Assembly: GCA_029858565.1 (NCBI GenBank)
Contig: JAOUEV010000010.1
Span: 1-64,000 of the forward strand
Origin: Nitrospirota bacterium
Lineage (GTDB): Bacteria > Nitrospirota > UBA9217
DNA length: 64,000 bases
Direction of reading: 5' to 3'
Shown: positions 10,543-20,491 of the stretch, one piece after another
Layout: each line of letters opens with the position of its first letter
How positions within the stretch are numbered: position 1 is the stretch's first letter
The notes under the pieces: model-generated
Databases searched by the model: none
Told to the model about the DNA's origin: nothing
The model's input: only the letters and a program-made list of their open reading frames with translations
Made by a program: the position numbers and the translations under genes

Positions 10543-11661
10543 CTATTTCTTTCTTGCCATCACCGGCTCATAGGTGCAGAAGGGCTCGGCGGCGAGATAG
10601 TCGCCTGAGATGGCGAACGCCCGGGCCCGGCAGCCGCCGCAGACCCTGCGGTATTCGCAGATGCCGCATTTTCCGTGGTAGTGGTCCAGGTCGCGCATCT
10701 CCTTGAAGAGCACCGACTCGTTCCAGATCTTGGAGAAGGGCTCCTTCTTGATATCGCCTGCCTCTTCCTCGAGGAACCCGCAGATCTGGACCTTGCCCAC
10801 ATGGGACACGAAGGCGAAGCTCTGTCCTCCCATGCAGCCCTTGGTCATGGCGTCGAAGCCGTGCGACTCGGGAGTGACCGTCTTGCCCTTCTCCTTCTCG
10901 CCCTGCCGGAAGATACGGTAGTAGTGGGGAGCGCAGGTGGGCTTGAACTGGATCGGCGATTTATCCCGCATTTCGTAGAACCACTTGAGCGTGCTCTCGT
11001 ACTCCGCCGGCGGGATCTCCTGGTCGATCAATTCCTTGCCTCGGCCCGTGGGCACCAGCAGGAAGGGATGATAGGCGACCGCGCCGAGCTTGATCACCAT
11101 ATCGAGCAGCTTCGGCAGGTCCTTCACATTATGCTTGGTGATCGTGGTGTTCACCTGGAACTCCATCCCGACCTTCTTGAAGTTCTCGATGGCCTTCATG
11201 ACGCTCTCGAAAGCGCCTTCCACGCGGCGGAAGTTGTTGTGCTGCTCCGCGGTCAGGCCGTCGATGGAAAGCGACACGCGCATGATCCCGGAGTCCTTCA
11301 TCTTCTGCGCCAGTTCCTCGGTCACGAGCAGTCCGCAGGGCGCCATGACCATGCGCAGCCCCAGCTTGGTGCCGTGCTTCGCGATGTCGTAGATGTCCTG
11401 CCGCATCATGGGCTCGCCGCCGGTCAGGATGATGATGGGATCGCTGAAAGACTTCACGTCATCGAGGAACGCGAAGGCATCCTCGGTCGAGAGCTCGCCC
11501 GGATAGGGGCCGTACTTGGCCGCGGCGCGGCAGTGGACGCAGTTCAGCACACAGCTCCGCGTGGTCTCCCAGGCGATCAGCCGGGGAAGATATTTTTTCG
11601 GTTCACCGCTTCCGCCGGCCTGCTGGCCATGGGGCGATTTGGTTGCATGGGGGTGGGACAT
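10543..11661 (-). CDS. ahbD: Radical SAM/SPASM haem b synthase (Fe-coproporphyrin III decarboxylase), AhbD-like
   Basis: LIAWETTRSCVLNCVHCRA, KPTCAPHYYR, TKGCMGG and CGICEYRRVCGGCRARA SPASM motif. Confidence 0.8.
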   Translation of the reverse strand: MSHPHATKSPHGQQAGGSGEPKKYLPRLIAWETTRSCVLNCVHCRAAAKYGPYPGELSTEDAFAFLDDVKSFSDPIIILTGGEPMMRQDIYDIAKHGTKLGLRMVMAPCGLLVTEELAQKMKDSGIMRVSLSIDGLTAEQHNNFRRVEGAFESVMKAIENFKKVGMEFQVNTTITKHNVKDLPKLLDMVIKLGAVAYHPFLLVPTGRGKELIDQEIPPAEYESTLKWFYEMRDKSPIQFKPTCAPHYYRIFRQGEKEKGKTVTPESHGFDAMTKGCMGGQSFAFVSHVGKVQICGFLEEEAGDIKKEPFSKIWNESVLFKEMRDLDHYHGKCGICEYRRVCGGCRARAFAISGDYLAAEPFCTYEPVMARKK

Positions 11662-11718
11662 GGAAACTCCTTTTTGTAATCATATTAAACAATCAGCCGC
11701 GATTAGTAAAGACCCATT

Positions 11719-12852
11719 TCAGGCCGTCTGCACCCGATTTCTTCCCGCATCCTTGGCGCGATAGAGCGCCTTGTCGGCCTCGCGGATCAGCACTTCGAAG
11801 TTCTCCTGCAGAAAGGACTTCCAGGCGCTCACGCCGATGCTCACGGTGACCCGGATCGGCACCTCGCCGGCGAAGGTGTTCGACTCCACGAGCTTCCGTA
11901 TGCGCTCGGCGAGCGTCCGCGCACCCTCCAGGTCCATGGGGGTCGCGATCAGGGCGAACTCCTCGCCGCCGTACCGGGCCAGCACGTCGGTGTCGCGCAA
12001 GTGGCTCGCGATCAGCCCCGCCACGCCCGCCAGCACCCGGTCCCCGATCTGGTGGCCGTGGGTGTCATTAACCTGCTTGAAATGGTCGATATCGATCATG
12101 AGCAGCGACACCGCATTGCCGTACCGGTTCGCGCGTTTCACTTCCTGGCGGATGCGCTCCATGAAGAACCTGCGGTTGAAGGCGTGGGTCAGGCTGTCGG
12201 TGATCGAGATCTGTTCCAGCTCCTGGTTCAGCACCGAGAGCCGCTCATTCGCCGCGACCAGGTCCGCGGTCCGCTCCTCCACCTTTTCCTCGAGCCGCTG
12301 GTTCAGGTCCCTGAGCTTCGTGTACAGGTCCGCGTTCTCCAGGGCGATGGCGGCCTGGGACGCCAGCGCCGCGAGCAGCGCCTCGTCGTCCGCGGTAAAG
12401 GTCCCCTCGCGCTTGTTCAGCACCTGCACCGCGCCGATGATCGCGCCCTGCATGTTCCTGAGCGGCGCGCAGAGGATGCTGGCCGTTCGGAAGCCCGTCC
12501 GCTTGTCGAACTCGGGATTGAACCGGCTGTCCTGATAGGCGTCGGGAATGTTGATGATCTCGCCGGTCCTGCCCACGGTCCCGGCAATGCCCGTGCCCAC
12601 AGGGAAACGGATCTCCGTGGTCCCGGCGCCCTCGGCGATCTTCGCCCACATCTCGTCCCGCTCCCGGTCGATCAGGAAGAGCGAGCTGCGGTCCGCGTCC
12701 ATGACCGACGTGGTCTCCTCGATGATCATCCTGAGCAGGCGGTCGAGGTCGCGCTCCGCCGTGAGCCGCAGGCCGATCTTGAGCAGGATCGAGAGCCGCT
12801 CCGGCCTGATATAGTCCGGCGCGGCGCAGGCCGGATCGCTTCCCTCTGTCAT
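11719..12852 (-). CDS. GAF-domain diguanylate cyclase
   Basis: GAF domain (FDKRTGFRT, NKREG), coiled coil, GGEEF with RDTD I-site. Start placed at MTEGSD, overlapping the upstream stop. Confidence 0.92.
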   Translation of the reverse strand: MTEGSDPACAAPDYIRPERLSILLKIGLRLTAERDLDRLLRMIIEETTSVMDADRSSLFLIDRERDEMWAKIAEGAGTTEIRFPVGTGIAGTVGRTGEIINIPDAYQDSRFNPEFDKRTGFRTASILCAPLRNMQGAIIGAVQVLNKREGTFTADDEALLAALASQAAIALENADLYTKLRDLNQRLEEKVEERTADLVAANERLSVLNQELEQISITDSLTHAFNRRFFMERIRQEVKRANRYGNAVSLLMIDIDHFKQVNDTHGHQIGDRVLAGVAGLIASHLRDTDVLARYGGEEFALIATPMDLEGARTLAERIRKLVESNTFAGEVPIRVTVSIGVSAWKSFLQENFEVLIREADKALYRAKDAGRNRVQTA

Positions 12853-13511
12853 CGCGCTCCTCCTTCCACAGGAGCAAAAAGCCCCGCAAGTTCCGGAAAG
12901 GAATGGATCACAAAATCCGGACCTTCGTTCCGCAGCTGCGCTTCCGAGCGGAACCCGTAGGTCACCGCGCAGGTCACGGTCCCGCACTCCCTGCCCGCCC
13001 GCATATCCGTGACGCCGTCGCCGACCACCACGGTTTCCCGGGGACTGACGTTCAGGTCAGCCATGATCTTCCTGAACGCGTCCGGCTCGGGCTTGAGCGG
13101 CAGGCCTGAATCCGCACCGATGATGACGCGAAAAAAATCCCGGACGCCCAGGTGTTCCAGTATGGGCTCGGCCAGCGCCAGCGGCTTGTTCGTGACCACG
13201 GCCATCGGGAAGGCGCGGAACTTTTCGAGCGTCTCTCGCACGCCGGGATAGAGCCGTGTGCGGACCACCAGGTTCCGGCTCTGGTGGACCGTATAGATAC
13301 CCGCAGCATCGTCCAGGAACTCCTGCCGGTCGCCCAGGGCGCGGGACAGCAGCATGGTGACGCCGTCGCCCACGAACTCGCGCACCTTGTTGATCGGCAC
13401 CGCAGGTCTGCCGAGCTTCTGGAGCGTGTAGTTGACCGACGCGGTGATGTCCTCGAGCGAATCAACGAGCGTGCCGTCGAGGTCGAAGATGAAGAGGCGG
13501 ATGGTTTTCAT
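12849..13511 (-). CDS. HAD-superfamily phosphatase (phosphoglycolate phosphatase-like)
   Basis: FDLDGTLVDS, VVTNK, KPEP, VGDGVTD. Confidence 0.9.
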   Translation of the reverse strand: MKTIRLFIFDLDGTLVDSLEDITASVNYTLQKLGRPAVPINKVREFVGDGVTMLLSRALGDRQEFLDDAAGIYTVHQSRNLVVRTRLYPGVRETLEKFRAFPMAVVTNKPLALAEPILEHLGVRDFFRVIIGADSGLPLKPEPDAFRKIMADLNVSPRETVVVGDGVTDMRAGRECGTVTCAVTYGFRSEAQLRNEGPDFVIHSFPELAGLFAPVEGGAR

Positions 13512-14378
13512 TTATCTATTTTCCAGATACCGTCTCGGATTCTCCGTAGCGAACTGGATGGCCCATTCCTGCTGCACACCCAGGGAGACCAGGTTCCTGA
13601 CGCACTGCATCAGCGTCACCCCACTGCCTTCCAGCACGCCGCCGGGCCCCCGGATCGCGCCCTTGCCCCACCCCGGTCCCTTGACCGAATCCGATACCAG
13701 GATGATGCGGTCCGTCTGCTTCATATCCAGGATCATCTTGAGGGTCTGGGGATGGAGGTGGACCAGGTCGGAGATCACTTCCACATAGATATCCTCGTCC
13801 ATCAGCCCGAAGCCGGCGAGCCCCGGCTCCCGGTGGTGGAAGGAGCGCATGGCATTGAAGATGTGGGTGATGCCTGTTGCGCCGGCCTGCTTGCCCTCCT
13901 CTGCCTGTTCGTACGATGCCTCGCTGTGGCCCATCTGGACCAGGAATCCTTTTTCCCTGCACCGCTCGATAACGCCGAGCGCGCCCGGCAATTCGGGAGC
14001 GATGGTGATGATTCTGATGACGTCCTCGAATCCGTCCACGAGCCGGTCAAGGTCCTTTTTCGACGGATCGAGAAAGCTCTTCCGGTCAAGAGCGCCTGCA
14101 TAGGAGGGATTCAGAAAAGGGCCTTCGACATGGATCCCGAGGATATTCGCTCCGGCCGACGCGGCGGCCATTGCGCGGCGGATCGCGCTCATGTTCTGGC
14201 GCATGTCCTCGATGTCCCCGGGATAGACCGTGGGCAGGATCGCGTCGGTGCCGTGCTCGCCATGGATCGCCGCGAGATGGACCACGTCGTCCTGACGCTT
14301 CGTGAGCGTATCGAACTTCCCCGCGCCGTGCACGTGGATGTCGATCACCTGCTGTTCTTCTTTTGCCGAGTAAGCCAT
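13512..14378 (-). CDS. nagA: N-acetylglucosamine-6-phosphate deacetylase (short form)
   Basis: IDIHVHG, GIHVEGPFL, TIAPE, GHSEA, THIFNAM, DLVHLHP, LVSD. Confidence 0.88.
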   Translation of the reverse strand: MAYSAKEEQQVIDIHVHGAGKFDTLTKRQDDVVHLAAIHGEHGTDAILPTVYPGDIEDMRQNMSAIRRAMAAASAGANILGIHVEGPFLNPSYAGALDRKSFLDPSKKDLDRLVDGFEDVIRIITIAPELPGALGVIERCREKGFLVQMGHSEASYEQAEEGKQAGATGITHIFNAMRSFHHREPGLAGFGLMDEDIYVEVISDLVHLHPQTLKMILDMKQTDRIILVSDSVKGPGWGKGAIRGPGGVLEGSGVTLMQCVRNLVSLGVQQEWAIQFATENPRRYLENR

Positions 14379-14525
14379 GGTTTTCTTGACGCCAGGCAGC
14401 AAGGGTCATGTAGCAAGTAGCAAGGAAAACGCCTGATCTTTAGCCCTTACTCCGCTGGCCCTTCATTGCAAGGTAATCCTGCATCACTTGCCCCTCTAAT
14501 CCTTTGTTGCCTCTTGATCCTGCTC

Positions 14526-14765
14526 TTAGGTGATCTTCCCTCTTCGCGAGAAGAACTCGGACAGCGCCAGCCGCACCACCGCGCCGCGGTCCCAGTTCTG
14601 TTTCAGTTCCTTTGTCAGCTCGGCCGCGACCTCGTCAAGGGCAGGGATGTGCTCGTCCTCAAGCTCGATGGTCACCTCGACCAGCCCGTGCTCGTGCTCC
14701 CCGTGGTCATGGCCGTGGTCGTGATGTCCGTGGCCGCAGTGTTCGTCGTGCTTGTGTCCTGCCAT
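14526..14765 (-). CDS. Small protein with His-rich N-terminus and ribbon-helix-helix-like C-terminus
   Basis: MAGHKHDEHCGHGHHDHGHDHGEHEH, then VTIEL...LDEVA...RGAVVRLAL; SD gaggtg. Confidence 0.7.
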   Translation of the reverse strand: MAGHKHDEHCGHGHHDHGHDHGEHEHGLVEVTIELEDEHIPALDEVAAELTKELKQNWDRGAVVRLALSEFFSRRGKIT

Positions 14766-14821
14766 GTTGGCACCTCTCAAATCACCTCTTTAAATCTCAA
14801 CGAGATAAAATCAAATGATAT

Positions 14822-14915
14822 TCTCGCGCTAAGCCGCAAAGTCGCAAAGGATATCAACGACATGGCCCATAAAATGATTTGGCCTTTCTTGGCGACTTGG
14901 CGTCTTTGCGCGAGA
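14822..14915. repeat. TCTCGCGC-type palindromic element, copy 2
   Basis: tctcgcgctaagccgcaaagtcgcaaag ... cttggcgacttggcgtctttgcgcgaga. Confidence 0.8.
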
Positions 14916-14947
14916 TGGCCCTTTCGATTTCAGCTGTGGAATCAAAT

Positions 14948-15874
14948 TCAAAACAACATCTTCATCATCACCGGCAGCGTGAAGAACGACGCCACCGTGG
15001 ATACCGCGATGCAGGTCGCCGCGAGCGGCACGTCAAGATCGAACTCATCGGCGATCACGAGCGACAGGACCATCACCGGCATGGCGCCTTCGATCACCAC
15101 CGCGCGAAGCTCCTGTCCGCTGATGCCGAGGGACGTTCCCAGCAGCCATGCGAGCGCAGGCGCCGCGATAAGTTTGAGCCCCAGCGCCGGGACAGCGATC
15201 CCGATCCGCCGGAGGTCCCTGAAATCCAGCGCCAGTCCCACCGTGAAGATCATCACCGGGATGACCGCCCTTCCCATGAGCTGTGCCGCGTCAAGCACCG
15301 GCCGGGGAACCTGGACAGCCGCCAGCTGGACCGCGACCCCGACAGCCACTCCCCAGAGAGGAGGAAGTTTCAGCACCCGGCGGAACGAAGCCCGCACGGA
15401 TACGGCTGCTCCGGTGCCGAACCGCGCCGCGGTCATCATGCCGACCGTGAGCAGGATCGGGGTTGTGGCCAGAAGGTCGTAGAGGATCGCGATATATCCG
15501 TATTCCTGGCCAAGGGTCTCGTTGATCACCGGCAGACCGAGGTACGTCACGTTCCCGAAAGCGCTCGAGAGCAGCAGCACGCCGATCGCGGGACGGGAGC
15601 TGCGGTTGAAGACCGGCAGGAACCGGTAGAGCGCCATGCCCGCGGCCAGCCCCGCCAGCGTGGTGATGCCCGCGACCAGCGGCACGGCAACAAAGCTCCG
15701 GTCCACCCGGGCCGTGGCGATCAAGCCGAAGGCCAGCGCCGGAAGGAACACGTGCAGCACCGCCGAGCTGAGCGCGTGGCGCAACCGCAGCCGGTCAAGC
15801 CCCCCGGGTTCGAAGAACCGCCACAGATACCCCGCGGCGACGATTAACGCGAATGACAACAGGACCTTGGTAAT
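14948..15874 (-). CDS. AEC (auxin efflux carrier)-family transporter
   Basis: Multiple TM segments; LPAL.F, FGNVTYLGLP, PP, EGAMP motifs. Start is either ATT at 15874 or TTG at 15859. Confidence 0.88.
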   Translation of the reverse strand: MTKVLLSFALIVAAGYLWRFFEPGGLDRLRLRHALSSAVLHVFLPALAFGLIATARVDRSFVAVPLVAGITTLAGLAAGMALYRFLPVFNRSSRPAIGVLLLSSAFGNVTYLGLPVINETLGQEYGYIAILYDLLATTPILLTVGMMTAARFGTGAAVSVRASFRRVLKLPPLWGVAVGVAVQLAAVQVPRPVLDAAQLMGRAVIPVMIFTVGLALDFRDLRRIGIAVPALGLKLIAAPALAWLLGTSLGISGQELRAVVIEGAMPVMVLSLVIADEFDLDVPLAATCIAVSTVASFFTLPVMMKMLF

Positions 15875-16023
15875 GACGAACTCCTTCCTCTGGACCCATT
15901 ATACCAGCAGATGAAGGCACGGGAAAGCGCAAAAACTCTGTCTTTGACTTCACGGAGCCGACGCGATATAATTTCCCGGTTTACAGATAGTGATCACACT
16001 AACCTGTTTTTCGGAGGTGCATC

Positions 16024-16278
16024 GTGCCCTGGTTGAGAACATTCATCGAACTCATTGCAGTATTGGTCATGGCCGGAGGCGTCGGCGGCATACTTTACGG
16101 TGTTCTGAAGGGGAATATCGCGTTCAGCGGCAGGACCATCCAGTTCGCGGCCATTACCTGCGTACTGCCGGCGATCCTTATCCTGTCGCTCGAACATGCC
16201 GTGGGAGGCGAAGGGACCATGGCGATCTTCGGGACCGTCGTGGGCTACGCCCTCTCGGTCATCAAGCAGACGGAATAG
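16024..16278 (+). CDS. Small membrane protein (about 3 TM)
   Basis: SD ggagg followed by GTG; hydrophobic segments. Confidence 0.65.
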   Translation: MPWLRTFIELIAVLVMAGGVGGILYGVLKGNIAFSGRTIQFAAITCVLPAILILSLEHAVGGEGTMAIFGTVVGYALSVIKQTE

Positions 16279-16336
16279 AGAAGCAAACCCTTACTCCTCT
16301 AGCCCTTGTTCTGCCTCACTAGCCCTTCCTTGATGC

Positions 16337-17596
16337 TTAATCCCTTTTTTTGCTCTTCACAGGCAGGAACGGGATGGTCAGCATGCCGGGGATCGTAAGT
16401 GCGCTCACAGCAAGGAAGAAGGCGGTATACCCGATCTTCTGCTGGAGCCAGCCCGCGAGGAGACCGGGAAGCATCATTCCCAAGGCCATGATGCCGGTCG
16501 AGATGGCATAGTGCGAGGTCTTGTATTTGCCCTCGGCGGAGTACATAAGGTAGACCGTGAAGACCGTGAAGCCCATGCCGTAGCCGAACTGTTCCAGGGC
16601 CACCAGCGGATAGGTCATCCAGACCTGCGGCTGGGCCCAGGCCATGTACACGAAGAACAGGTCAGGCAGATGCATGGCGATCACGAGCGGCCAGGTGCAG
16701 CGCGCCAGACCATATCGCGAAATAAGCCACCCTCCCAGTATCCCGCCGAACACCAGGGCAATAATGCCCACGGTGCCGTAGACCAATCCCACTTCCGATG
16801 TCGTAAGTCCCATCCCGCCCGCGGTCCGGCCATCGAGCAGGAACGGCGACACCAGCTTCAGCAGCATTGCCTCGCCAAGCCGGTAGAGCAGGATGAACGC
16901 CACGAGCACGCCGATCTTCTCCTGCTTGAAATAGGCAGTGAAAACTTCCTTGAAAGAAGCAGTCTCGCCTCTTGTCTCTCGTCTCTTGTCACTATCGGGA
17001 TAGGGCAACACAAAGAAGTGATAGGCCGCAAGAAGCAGAAAGATCCCGCCGCCCGTGGTCAGCACCATGGTCCAGCTCTGCGGGATGTTCCCGGTCCTGA
17101 CCTCGATCATTCCGGCGACGTACACCAGCAAGCCGGAACCGAATATCATCGCGAGCCGGTAAAAGCCCGATCTGAGGCCCACAAAGAAAGCCTGGTCCTG
17201 CTCGGTAAGCGCCAGCATGTAGAACCCGTCAGTTGCAATGTCATAGGTGGCTGAAACAAATGCCGCGAGCACGAAGGCGATGAGCGACAGGTAAAAGAAG
17301 CCTGCAGTGGAAAGAGAAAAAGCGACAAAGAAGAGCGCCAGGGCCATGGTAAGCTGGGTGGACAATATCCAGGTCCGCTTGGTCGAACGAAGGTCCACCA
17401 GCGGACCCCAGAACATCTTGATCACCCAGGGAAGGTAGAGCCAGCTCGTCCAGAAAGCGATTGCCGCGTTGTCCACGCCCATCTTCTTGTACAGGATCAC
17501 CGAGACCGTATTGATCAGAACATAAGGCAGGCCTTCGGCAAAATAGAGCGATGGGACGAACAGCCAGGGATTGCGGGAAACGCGCGGATCATTCAT
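16337..17596 (-). CDS. AmpG-like MFS transporter
   Basis: PSLYFAEGLP, LPWVIKMFWGPLVD, SATYDIATDG, EQFGYGMG, TSHYAISTG. Confidence 0.88.
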   Translation of the reverse strand: MNDPRVSRNPWLFVPSLYFAEGLPYVLINTVSVILYKKMGVDNAAIAFWTSWLYLPWVIKMFWGPLVDLRSTKRTWILSTQLTMALALFFVAFSLSTAGFFYLSLIAFVLAAFVSATYDIATDGFYMLALTEQDQAFFVGLRSGFYRLAMIFGSGLLVYVAGMIEVRTGNIPQSWTMVLTTGGGIFLLLAAYHFFVLPYPDSDKRRETRGETASFKEVFTAYFKQEKIGVLVAFILLYRLGEAMLLKLVSPFLLDGRTAGGMGLTTSEVGLVYGTVGIIALVFGGILGGWLISRYGLARCTWPLVIAMHLPDLFFVYMAWAQPQVWMTYPLVALEQFGYGMGFTVFTVYLMYSAEGKYKTSHYAISTGIMALGMMLPGLLAGWLQQKIGYTAFFLAVSALTIPGMLTIPFLPVKSKKRD

Positions 17597-17650
17597 GCGA
17601 AGCAGAGTAGCAGATTGGAGGGAGAGCGTCCAGAAAAAAGACGGGCACCT
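17468..17650. repeat. Direct repeat copy A (5' end and upstream region of the AmpG-like gene)
   Basis: Aligns over 183 bp with 19571-19753. Confidence 0.88.
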
Positions 17651-17782
17651 GTCGTAGACACACCTGTCGTAGACCCCTTTATTTATTCTCGCTTCTATGT
17701 TATGCTTTTTTCAGGCACATAGGCACATTGAAATGTTCGGCGCGGGACATGCGCTGAGCATTTGCATGTGAAGGAGGCCGCG

Positions 17783-19390
17783 ATGGGGACTCACCGGAAA
17801 TTAGTCATCCTGTTCGTTCTTCTTCTCTTCGCAGTCAGTCTCAATCTGGGAAGCTGTTCAAGCGGTGGCGGCACGAGTTCGGGCGCTGGAGGGGCCGGCT
17901 ACGACGGAACCTATAACTGCACCGGCACCTCAACAACGCCCGCTGGGACCAGCCAGGGCACGGGATCCTTTTCCTGTTCAAATGGGAACTGCAGCGATGC
18001 GTCCGGCGCCTTTACCGGCACGGTCAGCGCGAACGGGAATTTCACCGGCACGGACACGCTATGCTCGACCTGCATCCCCCTTCCCATGACCGGTCAGTTT
18101 TCCTTGACCCAGCCGTTTACGATCAGCGGACAGAGCGGCAATGTCAGCGCGACTTTCACCTGCACGTACGCCGGGGGAGGCGGTGGCGGAGGCGGAGGAA
18201 CGACGGTGACGCCCGTTATTTCCACGATCACGCCCACGAGCGGGCCCGCCGGCACGATCATCCGGATTGTGGTGGATGATTTCACCGCTGACCCGGCGCT
18301 CATTCAGCTCTCTATGTGCGGACAACCGGTCCCGATCGTGAACTGGGACAGCGTGACCCATACCTGGATCGACATCACTGTCCCGGCCACGGACCTGGCA
18401 ACCTGCGGAGTGACCATTTCCACGGGAGGCAAGACCGTCAACTCGCCGGTATCGTTCACGATCACGCCCCTGGTCCTGCCGTCCGGATCGAACGTATATT
18501 GGACGGAATCCTCCCTATCGATCGGCGGATTCCTCGGGTATGTGAGGATGACCGGCATCAACGGCGGAACAGTTACGGATATCTTCGCCGGAGCAGGCGA
18601 CCCCGGCGGGATCGCCGTGAATTCCACAGGCATCTACTGGGTCCAGGGGTCCACGAACGGGCCGATCATGAAGGTGGGATTGACCGGCGGGAAAGCCTCG
18701 CTCCTTGCGAACGGACTGTACGAGACCCGGTGCATTGCCCTGGATCCCTCCAATATCTATTGGGCCATGGGCTATTATGACACCGGTACCATAGAAAAGA
18801 CCAGCATCAGCAACACCGTACCGCTTGCCCCCACCATCCTCGCATCGGCGCTGCATATTCCCGTCTGTGTTGCCGTGGACGCTACGAACGTCTATTGGAC
18901 GGAGATCAACACATCGAACGGCCTGGTCAAAAAAGCCCCGAAAACAGGCGGGACAGCGACACTCCTTGCCTCAGGCACCGTCAATCCCGGGCAGGTTGTC
19001 GTTGACGGCACAAGCGTGTACTGGATCGAGAAGGGGTCCGCCTCCACTGCTCCATCGATCAAGAAGGTCGCCATAAGCGGAGGCGCAGCGACAACCCTTG
19101 CTTCCGGCCTGAGCAGTCCCAAGGGCCTGGCCGTTGATGCAACGAACGTGTACTGGACCGAGCGGACCGCTGATGCCGCAATGATAAAAAAGGTCAGCAC
19201 AAGCGGAGGAGCCGCGACAACGCTCTATTCAGATCTGAGCGTCCCCAGGGACCTAACCCTGGATTCCACGAGCGTGTATTGGGCTGACAATAGCGGTACC
19301 ATCAAGAAGGTGGCTAAAACCGGAGGGAGCGCAACAACCATTGCCTCCGGGCTCATCGGTCCTGTTTTTATCGCTGTGTATCCGCAGTGA
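17783..19390 (+). CDS. Surface lipoprotein with Cys-containing N-domain, IPT/TIG-like domain and beta-propeller repeats
   Basis: SD aaggagg; lipobox-like LGSC; poly-Gly linker; PVISTITPTSGPAGT; repeated (I/L)AVDxTNVYW blades. Confidence 0.8.
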   Translation: MGTHRKLVILFVLLLFAVSLNLGSCSSGGGTSSGAGGAGYDGTYNCTGTSTTPAGTSQGTGSFSCSNGNCSDASGAFTGTVSANGNFTGTDTLCSTCIPLPMTGQFSLTQPFTISGQSGNVSATFTCTYAGGGGGGGGGTTVTPVISTITPTSGPAGTIIRIVVDDFTADPALIQLSMCGQPVPIVNWDSVTHTWIDITVPATDLATCGVTISTGGKTVNSPVSFTITPLVLPSGSNVYWTESSLSIGGFLGYVRMTGINGGTVTDIFAGAGDPGGIAVNSTGIYWVQGSTNGPIMKVGLTGGKASLLANGLYETRCIALDPSNIYWAMGYYDTGTIEKTSISNTVPLAPTILASALHIPVCVAVDATNVYWTEINTSNGLVKKAPKTGGTATLLASGTVNPGQVVVDGTSVYWIEKGSASTAPSIKKVAISGGAATTLASGLSSPKGLAVDATNVYWTERTADAAMIKKVSTSGGAATTLYSDLSVPRDLTLDSTSVYWADNSGTIKKVAKTGGSATTIASGLIGPVFIAVYPQ

Positions 19391-19453
19391 TAAAGCGCAG
19401 AGCGGCGGGGGCTTCTCATTAAATCGTGATATTGCGTCGCAAAAGAAACAGCA

Positions 19454-19478
19454 AAGGCCCGGGATGTTCCCGGGCCTT
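19454..19478 (+). terminator. Hairpin, probable terminator
   Basis: aaggcccggga-tgt-tcccgggcctt. Confidence 0.6.
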
Positions 19479-19570
19479 GTCGAGCTTAGCCGGGTCGGCC
19501 CAAGCTAAGCTGCTGACATTCCAGCACTATCGTTCCAAAAGTAGCTGTTCTGCTGCCTTAAACCTTCATT

Positions 19571-19699
19571 GTTGTCCACGCCCATCGTCTTGTACAGGAT
19601 CACCGAGACCGTGTTGATCAGCACATAGGGCAACCCCTCGCCGAAATACATGGTGGGGACGAAGAGCCAGGGATTGCGGGAAGAGCGAGAATCGTTCAT
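19571..19699 (-). pseudogene. Truncated 5' fragment of the AmpG-like MFS gene
   Basis: MNDSRSSRNPWLFVPTMYFGEGLPYVLINTVSVILYKTMGVDN matches the first 43 aa of 16337-17596, then similarity stops. Confidence 0.88.
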
Positions 19700-19756
19700 G
19701 CGAAGCAGAGTAGCAGATTGACGAGGAAGCGTCCAGAAAAAAGACGAGCACCTCTG

Positions 19757-19796
19757 TTGACAGACTACCGCTGCAAGTGTACACTAGTAGTCACTA
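19757..19796 (+). promoter_or_regulatory. Toxin-antitoxin promoter and probable operator
   Basis: TTGACA-17 nt-TACACT; inverted GACTAC/GTAGTC and ctagtagtcactag overlap it. Confidence 0.65.
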
Positions 19797-19815
19797 GGAA
19801 TACCGGGAGGCATCC

Positions 19816-20055
19816 ATGATCAAGTCCGGAATAAAGGAAGCTCGTCAGCATTTTACCGAGTATCTTTCGCGGGTGGAAAAGGGAGAAGAGATCGTGATCA
19901 CGAAACGCGATCAACCCATCGCGCGGATCATTCCGGTTAAAAAGAAAACAGCAAGAGCGCTCGCAAGCCGCAAGGACCTGAGAAACGCCATCACCCCGAA
20001 GGGAAAACCGCTGTCGGAGACGGTCATTGCGTCGAGACGTGAGGAGCGTTATTAG
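19816..20055 (+). CDS. Phd/YefM-family antitoxin
   Basis: GIKEARQHFTEYLSRVEKGEEIVITKRDQPIARIIP. Confidence 0.9.
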   Translation: MIKSGIKEARQHFTEYLSRVEKGEEIVITKRDQPIARIIPVKKKTARALASRKDLRNAITPKGKPLSETVIASRREERY

Positions 20056-20056
20056 G

Positions 20057-20491
20057 ATGGCCTCGCTGTACATCGATACGAGCGCGCTGGTGAAATATTA
20101 CTTTCCCGAATCCGACAGCGACAAGATAGAGTCGGCGATCCTGTCTGCTGAACATATTGTGATCTCCTGGCTCACCACTGTGGAGCTCGCTTCGGCTCTT
20201 TCGAGACGGATCAGGACCGGGGAACTCACAAAGCGCCAGGAAACGCTCATTTGGAACGCCTTTCAGGACGACCTGCACGCCGACAAGATCAACCTCGTTG
20301 CAATGGATGATAGGCATTACCGTAAGGCCGCGGACCTCATCAGGGATTTCGGCGGCAAATACGGCCTCAAGACCCTCGACGCCCTCCACCTTGCCGTCGC
20401 ACACAGCCTGCCTCACGGCCATTTTCTCTGCTCGGACAAGGTCCTCAACCAGGTGGCGGTCAAAATGGGCATGAAATTATTCCCTATATAG
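20057..20491 (+). CDS. vapC: VapC-family PIN-domain toxin
   Basis: YIDTSALVKYY, VELASAL, LKTLDALHLA, SDK. Confidence 0.9.
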   Translation: MASLYIDTSALVKYYFPESDSDKIESAILSAEHIVISWLTTVELASALSRRIRTGELTKRQETLIWNAFQDDLHADKINLVAMDDRHYRKAADLIRDFGGKYGLKTLDALHLAVAHSLPHGHFLCSDKVLNQVAVKMGMKLFPI

